64,000 bases of DNA, from contig CAVRVY010000003.1 of NCBI GenBank assembly GCA_963724765.1, positions 1,056,001 to 1,120,000 of the forward strand, read 5' to 3'. The notes below the pieces were generated by a model. It made no database searches. It was not told where the DNA came from and worked only from the letters and a program-made list of their open reading frames with translations. Shown here piece after piece: positions 1 through 8,905 of the stretch. Each line of letters begins with the position of its first letter. The first letter of the stretch is position 1. The translations under genes and the position numbers were made by a program. This DNA is from an uncultured delta proteobacterium. Its GTDB lineage: Bacteria; Desulfobacterota; Binatia; Binatales; Binataceae.

Positions 1-2
1 AT

Positions 3-485
3 TCGGCGCGCAAGGTGCGCGAGGAACTGGCGCCGAAAATCGTCGAAGAACTTCGCAGCCGCAACGTGGAGGCGTTTTACCTGGTGCCTGCCTGACCCGT
101 GTGCCATCAGTCCGTTGGACTGATCGCCCGCGAAGTCGAAGCCGCCGGCATCCCGACACTGTGCATGACCTCGGCATATGACATAACGCAAGCCGTCAAT
201 CCGCCGCGCGCGGTATTCCTCAACTACCCGCTCGGCCATCAGACGGGCAAACCGAATGATCCGGAAAACCAGCGCGCGATCGTGGGCGACGCGCTCGGCG
301 CGTTCGAAACGATAAGCAAGCCCGGCACGATCGTCGAGCTGCCCTACGTGTGGGATGCGAACGATCGCCGATGGGAGGAGACTGATTACACGCCCGGATT
401 CCTGCCCCCGCGGCCTAAAAAGGCCGACGCCGATCTGGCCGAGCAGGAGCGCCGCCGCCGCTACACGACGGCCAATTCGGGGTAA
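3..485 (+). CDS. GrdB/PrdB-like (glycine/betaine/proline reductase selenoprotein B family) selenoprotein, 5'-partial, Sec codon TGA at 93-95
   Basis: Frame is open from base 3: SARKVREELAPKIVEELRSRNVEAFYLVPA-TGA-PVCHQSVGLIAREVEAAGIPT...PPRAVFLNYPLGH. The LVPx-U-xxCHQ-V-LIAR-E--GIPT and PPR...PLG motifs are typical of this family. A hairpin follows the TGA. Confidence 0.85.
106..124 (+). promoter_or_regulatory. Putative bacterial SECIS hairpin
   Basis: Perfect 8-bp stem ATCAGTCC (106-113) / GGACTGAT (117-124) with loop GTT, starting 10 nt after the in-frame TGA. G is the first loop base. Confidence 0.75.
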
Positions 486-548
486 ACCGTAGCGCCGGCC
501 GCCGCACTGGTTCGCCGCGGCCGGTAATCTGACCAGGGAGAATTGACG

Positions 549-1070
549 ATGGCTGAAGAACGCAAAGGCGCGGTCACGATGCGCGGAAATCCGATGACGC
601 TGGTGGGGCCGGAACTCAAGCCCGGACAGAAGGCGCCCGCCTTCACCGCCGTGGGCAAAGGGCTCGCGCCGGTGACGCTCGACCAGTTCAAGGGCAAGGT
701 CAAAATCATCGCCGCGATCCCGTCGATCGATACGCCCGTGTGCGACGCTGAGACCCGTCGCTTCAACGAGGAAGCCGCCAAGCTGCCCGGCGACGTGCAG
801 ATATTGACCATCTCGATGGACCTGCCGTTCGCGCAGGCGCGCTGGTGCGGCGCGGCCGGCGTCGACAAGGTCACCACGATCAGCGACTGGCGCGCGGCCG
901 AGTTCGGCCAGAAATACGGCGCGCTCATCAAGGAGCTGCATCTGCTCGCACGCGCGGTTTTCGTGCTCGACAAGAACGACAACGTCGTGTACGCCGAATA
1001 CGTCAAGGAAGTGGCCAACCAGCCCAACTTCGAGGCCGCGCTCGACGCGGCGCGCAAGGCGGCGGCCTAG
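549..1070 (+). CDS. tpx: Thiol peroxidase (atypical 2-Cys peroxiredoxin)
   Basis: PSIDTPVC peroxidatic motif, SMDLPFAQARWC resolving Cys, LLARAVFV. AGGGAG SD precedes ATG 549. Confidence 0.95.
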   Translation: MAEERKGAVTMRGNPMTLVGPELKPGQKAPAFTAVGKGLAPVTLDQFKGKVKIIAAIPSIDTPVCDAETRRFNEEAAKLPGDVQILTISMDLPFAQARWCGAAGVDKVTTISDWRAAEFGQKYGALIKELHLLARAVFVLDKNDNVVYAEYVKEVANQPNFEAALDAARKAAA

Positions 1071-1092
1071 GCGTCGGCCGGCGCGGCGGCTT

Positions 1093-1818
1093 GTGCGACC
1101 GTCGATCCGGACGGCGGCCGGCCGCCGCGCACTCGGCGCGCGAGATGCCGCCGCGCCATGGCGATGGCGGATCGGCGGGCGCACGCTATGGATCGTTCCG
1201 GACCAGGCGTGCCGCGTGCTGAGTTGGGCGCCGCTCGGCGGTGGCGTGCGCATCGCCCGCCTGCTCGCAAATCACCAGGTTGAGCTCGACGATCGCGAGG
1301 CTATGCTAGCGCCGCGCGGCTACCTCGCCCGCGTCGTTCGCGCCGCGGGCCACGACCCGCGGCGCGCCGTCGCGCTGATGACCGGTGCGGAAGTGACGCG
1401 CGCCGGTTATGCGCTCGCGGCTCGCGACGGCATGAGCGCCGGCGCATGGTGTACCACCGGATTTTCCAACGCGCTGCGCGCCGGAGATCGCGCGACTGTT
1501 CTTTCAACCCATGCCGGCACGATCAATCTCATCGTGGTGCTCAATCGCCCGCTCGCGAGCGCAGCGATGGTCGAGGCGGTGGAGATAGCCACTGAGGCGC
1601 GCGCTCTCGCTGTGCTCGAGGCCGGGATCAAAAGCGTTCGCTCTGGCGCGCCGGCGACCGGCACCGGCACCGACTGTATCGCGATCGCCGCGCCGGTGCG
1701 CGCGACCGCGCGGGGTGTGCGCCCGGAAAGCTATTGCGGCAAGCATACGCTGCTCGGAGAACTAATCGGCCGCGCGGTGCTCGAAAGCTGCGCGCGGGCT
1801 ATCCGCCGGATGCGCTGA
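1093..1818 (+). CDS. cbiZ: Adenosylcobinamide amidohydrolase
   Basis: LMTGA, TTGFSNA, GTINLIV, ATEAR, ATGTGTDC and YCGKHT motifs; cob gene context. Start uncertain. Confidence 0.85.
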   Translation: MRPSIRTAAGRRALGARDAAAPWRWRIGGRTLWIVPDQACRVLSWAPLGGGVRIARLLANHQVELDDREAMLAPRGYLARVVRAAGHDPRRAVALMTGAEVTRAGYALAARDGMSAGAWCTTGFSNALRAGDRATVLSTHAGTINLIVVLNRPLASAAMVEAVEIATEARALAVLEAGIKSVRSGAPATGTGTDCIAIAAPVRATARGVRPESYCGKHTLLGELIGRAVLESCARAIRRMR

Positions 1819-1831
1819 GCCGCGCGCAGAA

Positions 1832-2800
1832 ATGCAAAGCGGACTCTATCTTTCGACGTCGGCGATCGCGGTGGCGCTCGCGCTCGATTTTGCGCTAGGC
1901 GATCCGCCGTGGATGCCGCATCCGGTGCGGTTTATCGGCCGTGCCGTGACGTGGGGCGAAGCGCGTCTGCGCACCGGACAACCGCGCCCCGATCTGTGGC
2001 GCGGCGTGTTGCTCACCTTCGGAATAGTGATCGCTACGGCGATCGCGGTGTTGGTCGCGGTCGCGATTGCGTCGACCGTCGCCAACTGGCTCGGCCTTGC
2101 GGCGGCGGTATTGATTGCGTGGACGACGCTCGCGCTGAACAGCCTTGACCGCGCCGCCGGTGAAGTCGAACAGGCGCTCGGATGCGGGCGCGACGATCTC
2201 GCGCGCGCGGCGATGCCAGCGCTGGTCGGACGCGACCCCGCCACGCTCGATCGCGACGCGATGGTGCGCGCCACGGTCGAGTCGGTCGCCGAGAACTGTT
2301 CTGACGGTGTGCTCGCGCCGCTCTGCTTTCTTTTCCTTGGCGGGCCGGTCCTTGCGGTCGCCTACAAGGCGATCAACACGCTCGACTCGATGATTGGCTA
2401 CCGCGACGCGCGCTATCTCTACTTCGGACGCGCGGCGGCGCGGCTCGACGATGCCGCCAACTTCGTTCCCGCGCGAGTTACCGCGCTTTGCCTCGCCGCC
2501 GCGTCCGCGTTGACGCTTGGACGAGGCGGTGCTGCGCTCCGCGTCTGCCGCGCCGATGCGCGCAAGCATGCGAGCCCCAATGCTGGCTTTCCGGAAGCCA
2601 CGATGGCAGGCGCGCTCGGAATCGAATTGGGTGGCGATGGAGTGTACGCGGGAGAGGTCGAGCATCGCGCGCGCCTGGGACGCGCGGAGCGCGCGCCGAA
2701 GGTGGCGGATATTGCGGCGGCGCGCCGCTTGATGCGTATCGCGACGGCGATCGGGTTTGGTCTGCTCGCGCTCCTACGCTATGTCCTCTCCGGCTACTGA
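1832..2800 (+). CDS. cbiB: Adenosylcobinamide-phosphate synthase
   Basis: GDP..HPV, ESVAENCSDG, YKAINTLDSMIGY, ARLDD, HASPNAG.PEA motifs. Confidence 0.95.
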   Translation: MQSGLYLSTSAIAVALALDFALGDPPWMPHPVRFIGRAVTWGEARLRTGQPRPDLWRGVLLTFGIVIATAIAVLVAVAIASTVANWLGLAAAVLIAWTTLALNSLDRAAGEVEQALGCGRDDLARAAMPALVGRDPATLDRDAMVRATVESVAENCSDGVLAPLCFLFLGGPVLAVAYKAINTLDSMIGYRDARYLYFGRAAARLDDAANFVPARVTALCLAAASALTLGRGGAALRVCRADARKHASPNAGFPEATMAGALGIELGGDGVYAGEVEHRARLGRAERAPKVADIAAARRLMRIATAIGFGLLALLRYVLSGY

Positions 2801-2908
2801 CATACGATGAACCCCGCGCGAAGCACCACGCAGATTAATTCTTGGCGATGAAGCTCGAATGATGAAGAGCGGGAAAGACCAAGCTCGCGGAACAATGAAA
2901 TCGAGGAA

Positions 2909-3967
2909 ATGAAACTCGAGATTGACCGGACTCACGGCGGCGCCGCGCCGTCCGGCGTGCTGGATTTCAGCGCCAGCCTCAACCCGCTGGGTCCGCCGCC
3001 CCCGGCGCTCGCCGCATACCATGACGCGGCCGGGCTTATCGCGCGCTATCCGTCGCCCTATCCCAACGATCTCGCCGCGCGCCTCGCGCGGCGCCATCGC
3101 GTCGCGCCCGACAACGTCGTGGTCGGCAACGGCTCGACCCAGCTAATTCATCTGCTCGCCCGCACGCTGGGTCCGCGCCTCCCGTCCGTCGCGATCCCGA
3201 CCTTCAGCGAAATCGCCAACGCGATGATCGTCGCGGGCGCGGCGCCCAGCGCGATGCCGGCGCGCCGCGAGCGCGGCTTCGCCGTCGAAATCGAGCAAAT
3301 TGAGCGCGCACTCGAGCGGGGCGCCGATGCGATCTTCATTGGCCGGCCCAATAGTCCGACCGGTGCGATGCTGAGTATCGGTGACGCGAGCGAAATCGCC
3401 GCACGATGCTCCAGCCGGGGATGCTGGTGCGTTTTCGACGAGGCCTTTATCGACTTCGCGGGCGAAGAGCATTCCGCGATCCGCCTGGCTGCCGACAATT
3501 CGCACGTTATCGTGCTGCGCTCGCTGACCAAGATGTTCGCGATCGCCGGGCTGCGCCTGGGCTACCTGGTCGCCGGTCGCGACGTGGCGCGCCGCCTGCG
3601 CGAAGCGATCGAGCCCTGGTCGGTCAACGTCGTGGCCGAGCGCGTCGGCGATGCTTGCCTGGACGTGGCCGAAGAGTTTTCCGCGCAAAGCCGCGCCTTG
3701 GTAGCGACCGAGCGCTCGCAACTCTTTTGTGCGCTTAACTCGATCGAGGGCATCCGCGCCTTTGTGTCGTCCGCGAACTTCCTGATGCTGGAGGTGGTCG
3801 CGGATGGGCGCGCCGTCGGCTTCGCGCAACATATGCTCTCGCGCGGTATCGCGGTGCGCGATTTGCGCGACCTGCCGGGATGCGGCCTCGGGATGTATCG
3901 TGTGGCGGTGCGCCTGCGCGCGGAGAATGAGCAATTGATCGCGGCGGCTCGGGCATACTTCGATTAG
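2909..3967 (+). CDS. cobD: Threonine-phosphate decarboxylase (PLP)
   Basis: HGG..LDFSASLNPLG, PNSPTG, DEAFIDF, RSLTKMFAIAGLRLGY; cob cluster context. Confidence 0.85.
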   Translation: MKLEIDRTHGGAAPSGVLDFSASLNPLGPPPPALAAYHDAAGLIARYPSPYPNDLAARLARRHRVAPDNVVVGNGSTQLIHLLARTLGPRLPSVAIPTFSEIANAMIVAGAAPSAMPARRERGFAVEIEQIERALERGADAIFIGRPNSPTGAMLSIGDASEIAARCSSRGCWCVFDEAFIDFAGEEHSAIRLAADNSHVIVLRSLTKMFAIAGLRLGYLVAGRDVARRLREAIEPWSVNVVAERVGDACLDVAEEFSAQSRALVATERSQLFCALNSIEGIRAFVSSANFLMLEVVADGRAVGFAQHMLSRGIAVRDLRDLPGCGLGMYRVAVRLRAENEQLIAAARAYFD

Positions 3968-4012
3968 TCAATCGAACAATTAGTCAATCGACGAATAGAT
4001 GGTGCCGTATAG

Positions 4013-5077
4013 ATGGGTGTGCTGGAAGAAACGCTCGAAGCGATAGCATTGCCTGACGAGGCGGTAGCCGCAGTAGCGGGCCGCCGTCTCGATTCATTGA
4101 CCAAGCCGCGCGGCAGCCTTGGCTACCTCGAGGAAATTGTGCGCCGCTACGCCGCGATCCGGCGCGATCCGGAGGCGCGGATGGGCGGCGGCGCACTGTG
4201 CGTGTTCGTCGCCGACCACGGCGTCGCCGAGGAAGGCGTGAGCGCCTATCCACAGGCGGTGACCGCCGAAATGCTGCGCAATATAGCGGGCGGCGCGGCG
4301 GCGATAGGGGTGCTCGCGCGGCGCCTCGGTTATCGGTTGTGGATCACAGACGTCGGCGTGCTGGCCGATACCAGCGCCGACGCGTTGTCCGCGGTACTCT
4401 ATCGGCGTATCGGTGCGGGCACGCGCAACTTGGCGCGCGAGGCCGCGATGTCCGTCGCACAGACGCGCGCCGCGCTGGAGGTTGGCGTTCAAGTCGCGCG
4501 TGGCGCGGTCGCGTCCGGCGCCACGCTTGTTGGAATCGGCGAGATGGGAATCGCCAACAGCACTTCGGCGGCGGCGTTGCTCGCGGCGTTCACGCGGCTT
4601 CGGCCGGCACGCCTGGCCGGGCGCGGCGCCGGTATCGATGACGCCGGTATGCGGCGCAAGGTCGCGGTTATCGAACGCGCGCTCAAGCTCCATCGCGCGG
4701 TGCTTGAAGATCCGCTCGCCACGCTCGCGGCACTCGGCGGCTTCGAGATCGCCGCGATGGCCGGCGCGTGTCTGGGCGGCGCGGCGCTGAATGTGCCGGT
4801 GGTGGTTGACGGCTTTATCGCAACGGCGGCTGCGGTGGCCGCCGAGCGGCTGAGCCCCGGCCTGTTCGCCCATCTGTTTTTTGGCCATCGCTCCTCCGAG
4901 GGCGGCCACGCGCTCGCGCTCGAGAAACTCGACGTACGGCCGATCGTTGACCTTGGGATGCGCTTGGGCGAGGGCACCGGCGCGGCGCTGGCGATGAGCG
5001 TGATCGAAACCGCGCTGGCGTTGTTCCACGAGATGGCGACGTTCGAGAGCGCCGGGGTCTCGGAAAAGATCGGATGA
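4013..5077 (+). CDS. cobT: Nicotinate-nucleotide-dimethylbenzimidazole phosphoribosyltransferase
   Basis: LTKPRGSLG.LE, ADHGV, GEMGIANST, DGFI, MRLGEGTGA. Confidence 0.95.
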   Translation: MGVLEETLEAIALPDEAVAAVAGRRLDSLTKPRGSLGYLEEIVRRYAAIRRDPEARMGGGALCVFVADHGVAEEGVSAYPQAVTAEMLRNIAGGAAAIGVLARRLGYRLWITDVGVLADTSADALSAVLYRRIGAGTRNLAREAAMSVAQTRAALEVGVQVARGAVASGATLVGIGEMGIANSTSAAALLAAFTRLRPARLAGRGAGIDDAGMRRKVAVIERALKLHRAVLEDPLATLAALGGFEIAAMAGACLGGAALNVPVVVDGFIATAAAVAAERLSPGLFAHLFFGHRSSEGGHALALEKLDVRPIVDLGMRLGEGTGAALAMSVIETALALFHEMATFESAGVSEKIG

Positions 5078-5883
5078 GCGAGGATGGTCAGGGCGCGGCG
5101 GATCGCGCGAGCGGCACGCAGGCGCCGGAGGGCATCGCGCGCGGCGGAAAGCTCACCGAAATCCGTCTTGCCGCGGGCTTCCTGACCATCCTTCCCGTAC
5201 TTCCGCGCGCCGCCGTGGCGCCCGAGACGCTCGCGGCGTCGTTCGGATGGTTTCCGCTCGTCGGGTTTGCGCTTGGCGGGGTGCTCGCGGCCGGGAATCT
5301 ACTGCTGACGCCGCTCTTAGGCGATGCGCTCGCCGCGGTTCTGCTGGTGCTCACGCTCACCGTGTTGACCGGCGCGGTCCACGTCGATGCGCTCGCTGAT
5401 ACCGCCGACGCGCTGAGCGCGGGAGCGGATTGCCGCCGCGCGCTGGAGATTATGCGCGACAGCCGGATCGGCAGTTTCGGCACGGCCTCGATTTTTTTCT
5501 TTTTCGCGCTCGAGATCGTGGCGCTGGCGACGATGGGTGAAGTGCAGCGCACGGCGGCGCTGTGGCTTGCGCCCGGCCTGGCGCGCTGGGCGATGGTGGC
5601 CGTCGGATGGCGTATCGATTACCTGCGCGCCGAGGGCGCGGGGACGCTGCTGGTGGGACCCGGCGGCGATCGCAATCTCGCGCTCGCCAGCGCGATCGTC
5701 GTGCTCGCGGCACTGCCGATCCTCTCGTGGCGCGTGCTGTTGGCTTATGTCGTAGCCGCGGTGCTTGCGGCCGTGCTGCGCGCGGCGTACCGGCGATGGC
5801 TCGGCGGCGTGACGGGAGATCTTCTCGGGGCGGCGGGCGAACTGGTGGAACTCGCGGTGCTGTTGGTGATGGCGGTTATTTGA
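5074..5883 (+). CDS. cobS: Cobalamin 5'-phosphate synthase
   Basis: FLTILP, TGAVHVDALADTAD, MRDSRIGSFG, GGVTGDLLGA. Confidence 0.95.
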   Translation: MSEDGQGAADRASGTQAPEGIARGGKLTEIRLAAGFLTILPVLPRAAVAPETLAASFGWFPLVGFALGGVLAAGNLLLTPLLGDALAAVLLVLTLTVLTGAVHVDALADTADALSAGADCRRALEIMRDSRIGSFGTASIFFFFALEIVALATMGEVQRTAALWLAPGLARWAMVAVGWRIDYLRAEGAGTLLVGPGGDRNLALASAIVVLAALPILSWRVLLAYVVAAVLAAVLRAAYRRWLGGVTGDLLGAAGELVELAVLLVMAVI

Positions 5884-6397
5884 CGCGCAGCGGATAGCCC
5901 GCGACCATCAGCACCACGCGGTCGGCGGTTTGCGCCAGCGCCTGGTTGGTCCATCCGAGGAGATCGCGGAAGCGCCGCGCCATCGCGTTCTCCGGCACGA
6001 TTCCGGCCCCCACTTCGTCCGTCACCACGATGCTGGCGCAGGGCGCGTCAGCCATCGCGCGAGCGAGGCCGCGACCCTCGGTCAGAATCTCTTGATCGCT
6101 GCGACGGGCCATCAGCAGGTTCGAGATCCAAAGCGTCAGGCAATCGACGACTACGATATCGGCGCGGCGCGCGAGCTTTGTGAGCGCAGCGCCGATGACG
6201 ATCGGTTCTTCGATCGTCACGAAATCGGCGGAGCGATTGGCGCGATGATGCGTGATGCGCTCGCGCATCTCGTCGTCTAGCGCTTCGGCCGTGGCGATGA
6301 AAAAATGCCGCGCGCCTGGCGCCTGCTGCGCCAGCGCGAGCGCGTGCGCGCTTTTGCCGCTGCGCGCGCCTCCGGTTATCAGCGTTACGGTGCCCAT
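5876..6397 (-). CDS. cobU: Bifunctional adenosylcobinamide kinase / cobinamide-phosphate guanylyltransferase
   Basis: GGARSGKS P-loop, EMRERITHHR, VDCLTLW, EVGAGIVP, FRDLLG. Confidence 0.95.
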   Translation of the reverse strand: MGTVTLITGGARSGKSAHALALAQQAPGARHFFIATAEALDDEMRERITHHRANRSADFVTIEEPIVIGAALTKLARRADIVVVDCLTLWISNLLMARRSDQEILTEGRGLARAMADAPCASIVVTDEVGAGIVPENAMARRFRDLLGWTNQALAQTADRVVLMVAGYPLRVK

Positions 6398-6523
6398 CCG
6401 CGTTCCTGTCCGCGCTCCCGACGATCTGCGCTCGAGATTGCCGCGTTGCGATCGCGCTCTTCGACCCGCCGCGCAATCGTGATGATTGACTTGCCTGCCG
6501 CAAAAATCATATCAGTCTTCTGC

Positions 6524-6660
6524 GCCCGGTGTACGGGAAGCCGGTTAGAGTCCGGCGCTGCCCCGCAACTGTACGGGGGGACAACGGCCCATCTGAGCCA
6601 CCGCTAACGAGCGGGAAGGCGGGCCCGCGGATGATCCCCAAGCCAGGAGACCGGCCGGGT
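6524..6660 (+). ncRNA. Cobalamin (B12) riboswitch
   Basis: GGGAA-GCCGGT..AGTCCGGC-GCTG-CCCCGCAACTGT, GCCAC..GGGAAGGC and B12 box AGCCAGGAGACCGGCC, closed by CCCGG/CCGGG. Directly upstream of a TonB-dependent receptor. Confidence 0.95.
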
Positions 6661-6788
6661 GACTATTAAGCCGTCTGCCTTCCGTGGGGAAGGAGGCTTA
6701 GGCCACTCGTCACTCCCTTCTCCGGGAGCCTGCCCGAGCGCCTGAGTCAGCCCATCCCGCGTGGCTGACGCATAGCTCGAGGGAGGCT

Positions 6789-8891
6789 ATGAAAAGATCG
6801 GTCGTCGGCGTTCTAGTCCTGACATTTTTTGTTTTTTTCGGATTGCCGATTGGTTCGCGCAGTGCGCGGGCTCAAATCGCGCCCGCGCCTGCCGCGCCGC
6901 CGTCGGCGGCGCGAGCGTCGGGCTCGAACGGCGCGGCACACAGCACCGCCGCGCCGCGAGTCGCGCAGGCCAAATCCAACGCGCAAGCCAAATCCAGTAA
7001 GGCCGCAACTTCCGCCAAGCCGCATCGCAAGCTGCCAAAGATGGTGTTCGTGGTGACGGCGACGCGGATGGAGCAGGCGCTCGATACGGTCGGCACCACC
7101 GTCAGCGTCGTCGGTTCGCAGCAGATTCAGGAACAGCAAATTCATGCCGCTGGCGACGTTCTGCGCCAGGTGCCCGGCGTCGAAATCACCCAGAGCGGAT
7201 CGGCAGGCACCGAGACTGACGTTTCGATTCGCGGCTCGACCGCGGCCGAGACGCTGATTCTCATGGACGGCGTCGATGTCAACAGTGGCGCGACCGGCGG
7301 CTTCGACATCGCTGACGTGACCAACGACAATCTCGACCGTATCGAGGTAGTGCGCGGCGCGGGCGGCGCGCTTTACGGCTCGTCGGCGATCGGCGGCGTA
7401 GTCAACCTCATCACGCGCGAGGGCAGCGGCCCGCTCAAGCTCAACTATGACGGCGAGGGGGGCAACCGCGCGACCCAGCGCCAGGCGGTGACTTTCGATG
7501 GCGCGGATGGACGGCTGGCCTACTCGGGAGCGTTGTCGTACTACTCGACCACCGCGTTTCGTCCGCGCAACGCGAGCTTCGACGATCTCTCGGGCGTGCT
7601 GCGTTTGGATTACCACCTCACCCCCGACACGAAATTCACCGGCTTTGCGCGTTACATCCGCTCCAACGTGAGCCTGGTCAACTTTTCCAATTTTATTACG
7701 CCGGTCGATCCCAACGCCCACCAGCGCAACGAGTTCATGCTTTACAACGGCGTGGTCACGCATCAATTCAGCGATCGGCTGGATGGACGGATGAGCGTCT
7801 ACTTCCTGCGCAACGATCTCCGCGTCAACGACACGCCGTTCCCCGCCAATCTCACCTTCGAACGCGACCGCATTCCGGACGAAACCCGCGGCACCAACAT
7901 GGAGTTGCACTATCGATGGGGCGAGGGCTTTCGGTCGCTGGCCGGCTTCGATTTCAAGGACCGCTGGGTGCGCTCGGCAGAACTCTACGACACCCTCGAG
8001 CCGCCCACGCAGTCGTTCACCGCATACCACGCCCGGCGCCAGGAGTATGCCGGCTACCTCGAGCAGGAGGGACGTCTGTTCAATGGCCTGATGCTGGTGA
8101 CCGGTGGAGTGCGGGTGGACGGCAATAGCGATTTCGGAATCGAAGTAAGCCCGTCGTGGACGGTCGCGATACCGCTTGAGCGATGGGGCGTGACGCTGCG
8201 CGGCAGTTACAGCGAGGGGTTTCGCGCGCCCAGCTTCAACGAGCTGTATTTTCCCGACTTCGGCAATCCGAAGCTGAATCCTGAGATCTCCAGCGAATAC
8301 GACGGCGGTATCACCAAGACCTTGGGCGAGTCGGCGTCGTTTACCGCGACCTACTTTTCACGCCGCGTGCACAACCTGATCGTGGCCGAGCCATGCACGA
8401 CGTATCCCGGATGCGTCGAGGCGGCGAACGCGGGCCGCGTCGACACCCAGGGCGTCGAGCTGGTGCCGACCGTCCAATTGATGCGTGGACTCACGTTCAG
8501 CGGCAACCTGACCGTTATTGACGAGACCCACGTTTCGTCGTCGCCGGAAATCCGGCCGCTGCGCGTGCCCAAGTACTCGGCCTTCGCGCTGCTGACATAC
8601 GCACGCAAGGCGCTATGGACCTCGAACGACGCAGTGTCGGCCAACCTCGCCTACTACTTCGTCGGCGATCGCGACGACCTCAACCCGGTCACTTCCATGA
8701 TTCAGAACCATGCCGCCTACAACCGCTTCGACCTGACGATGGCCTACGACGCGGGGATTCGCTACGGGCGGATTCGCGGCGAAGAGCTCTACGTGCGGGT
8801 GCAGAACGTGCTCGACCGCCATTACGCCGAGGTGTTCGGCTTTCCCTCGCCGCCGGTCAACTTCGTCGCGGGAGTGAAAGTGGATTTCTAG
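6789..8891 (+). CDS. btuB: TonB-dependent cobalamin receptor (BtuB-like)
   Basis: Signal peptide, VVTATR TonB-box region, plug motifs IRG..LMDG and RIEVVRG..ALYGSSAIGGVVNLIT, C-terminal Phe; downstream of the B12 riboswitch. Confidence 0.85.
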   Translation: MKRSVVGVLVLTFFVFFGLPIGSRSARAQIAPAPAAPPSAARASGSNGAAHSTAAPRVAQAKSNAQAKSSKAATSAKPHRKLPKMVFVVTATRMEQALDTVGTTVSVVGSQQIQEQQIHAAGDVLRQVPGVEITQSGSAGTETDVSIRGSTAAETLILMDGVDVNSGATGGFDIADVTNDNLDRIEVVRGAGGALYGSSAIGGVVNLITREGSGPLKLNYDGEGGNRATQRQAVTFDGADGRLAYSGALSYYSTTAFRPRNASFDDLSGVLRLDYHLTPDTKFTGFARYIRSNVSLVNFSNFITPVDPNAHQRNEFMLYNGVVTHQFSDRLDGRMSVYFLRNDLRVNDTPFPANLTFERDRIPDETRGTNMELHYRWGEGFRSLAGFDFKDRWVRSAELYDTLEPPTQSFTAYHARRQEYAGYLEQEGRLFNGLMLVTGGVRVDGNSDFGIEVSPSWTVAIPLERWGVTLRGSYSEGFRAPSFNELYFPDFGNPKLNPEISSEYDGGITKTLGESASFTATYFSRRVHNLIVAEPCTTYPGCVEAANAGRVDTQGVELVPTVQLMRGLTFSGNLTVIDETHVSSSPEIRPLRVPKYSAFALLTYARKALWTSNDAVSANLAYYFVGDRDDLNPVTSMIQNHAAYNRFDLTMAYDAGIRYGRIRGEELYVRVQNVLDRHYAEVFGFPSPPVNFVAGVKVDF

Positions 8892-8905
8892 AAACGCTCG
8901 CGCGC

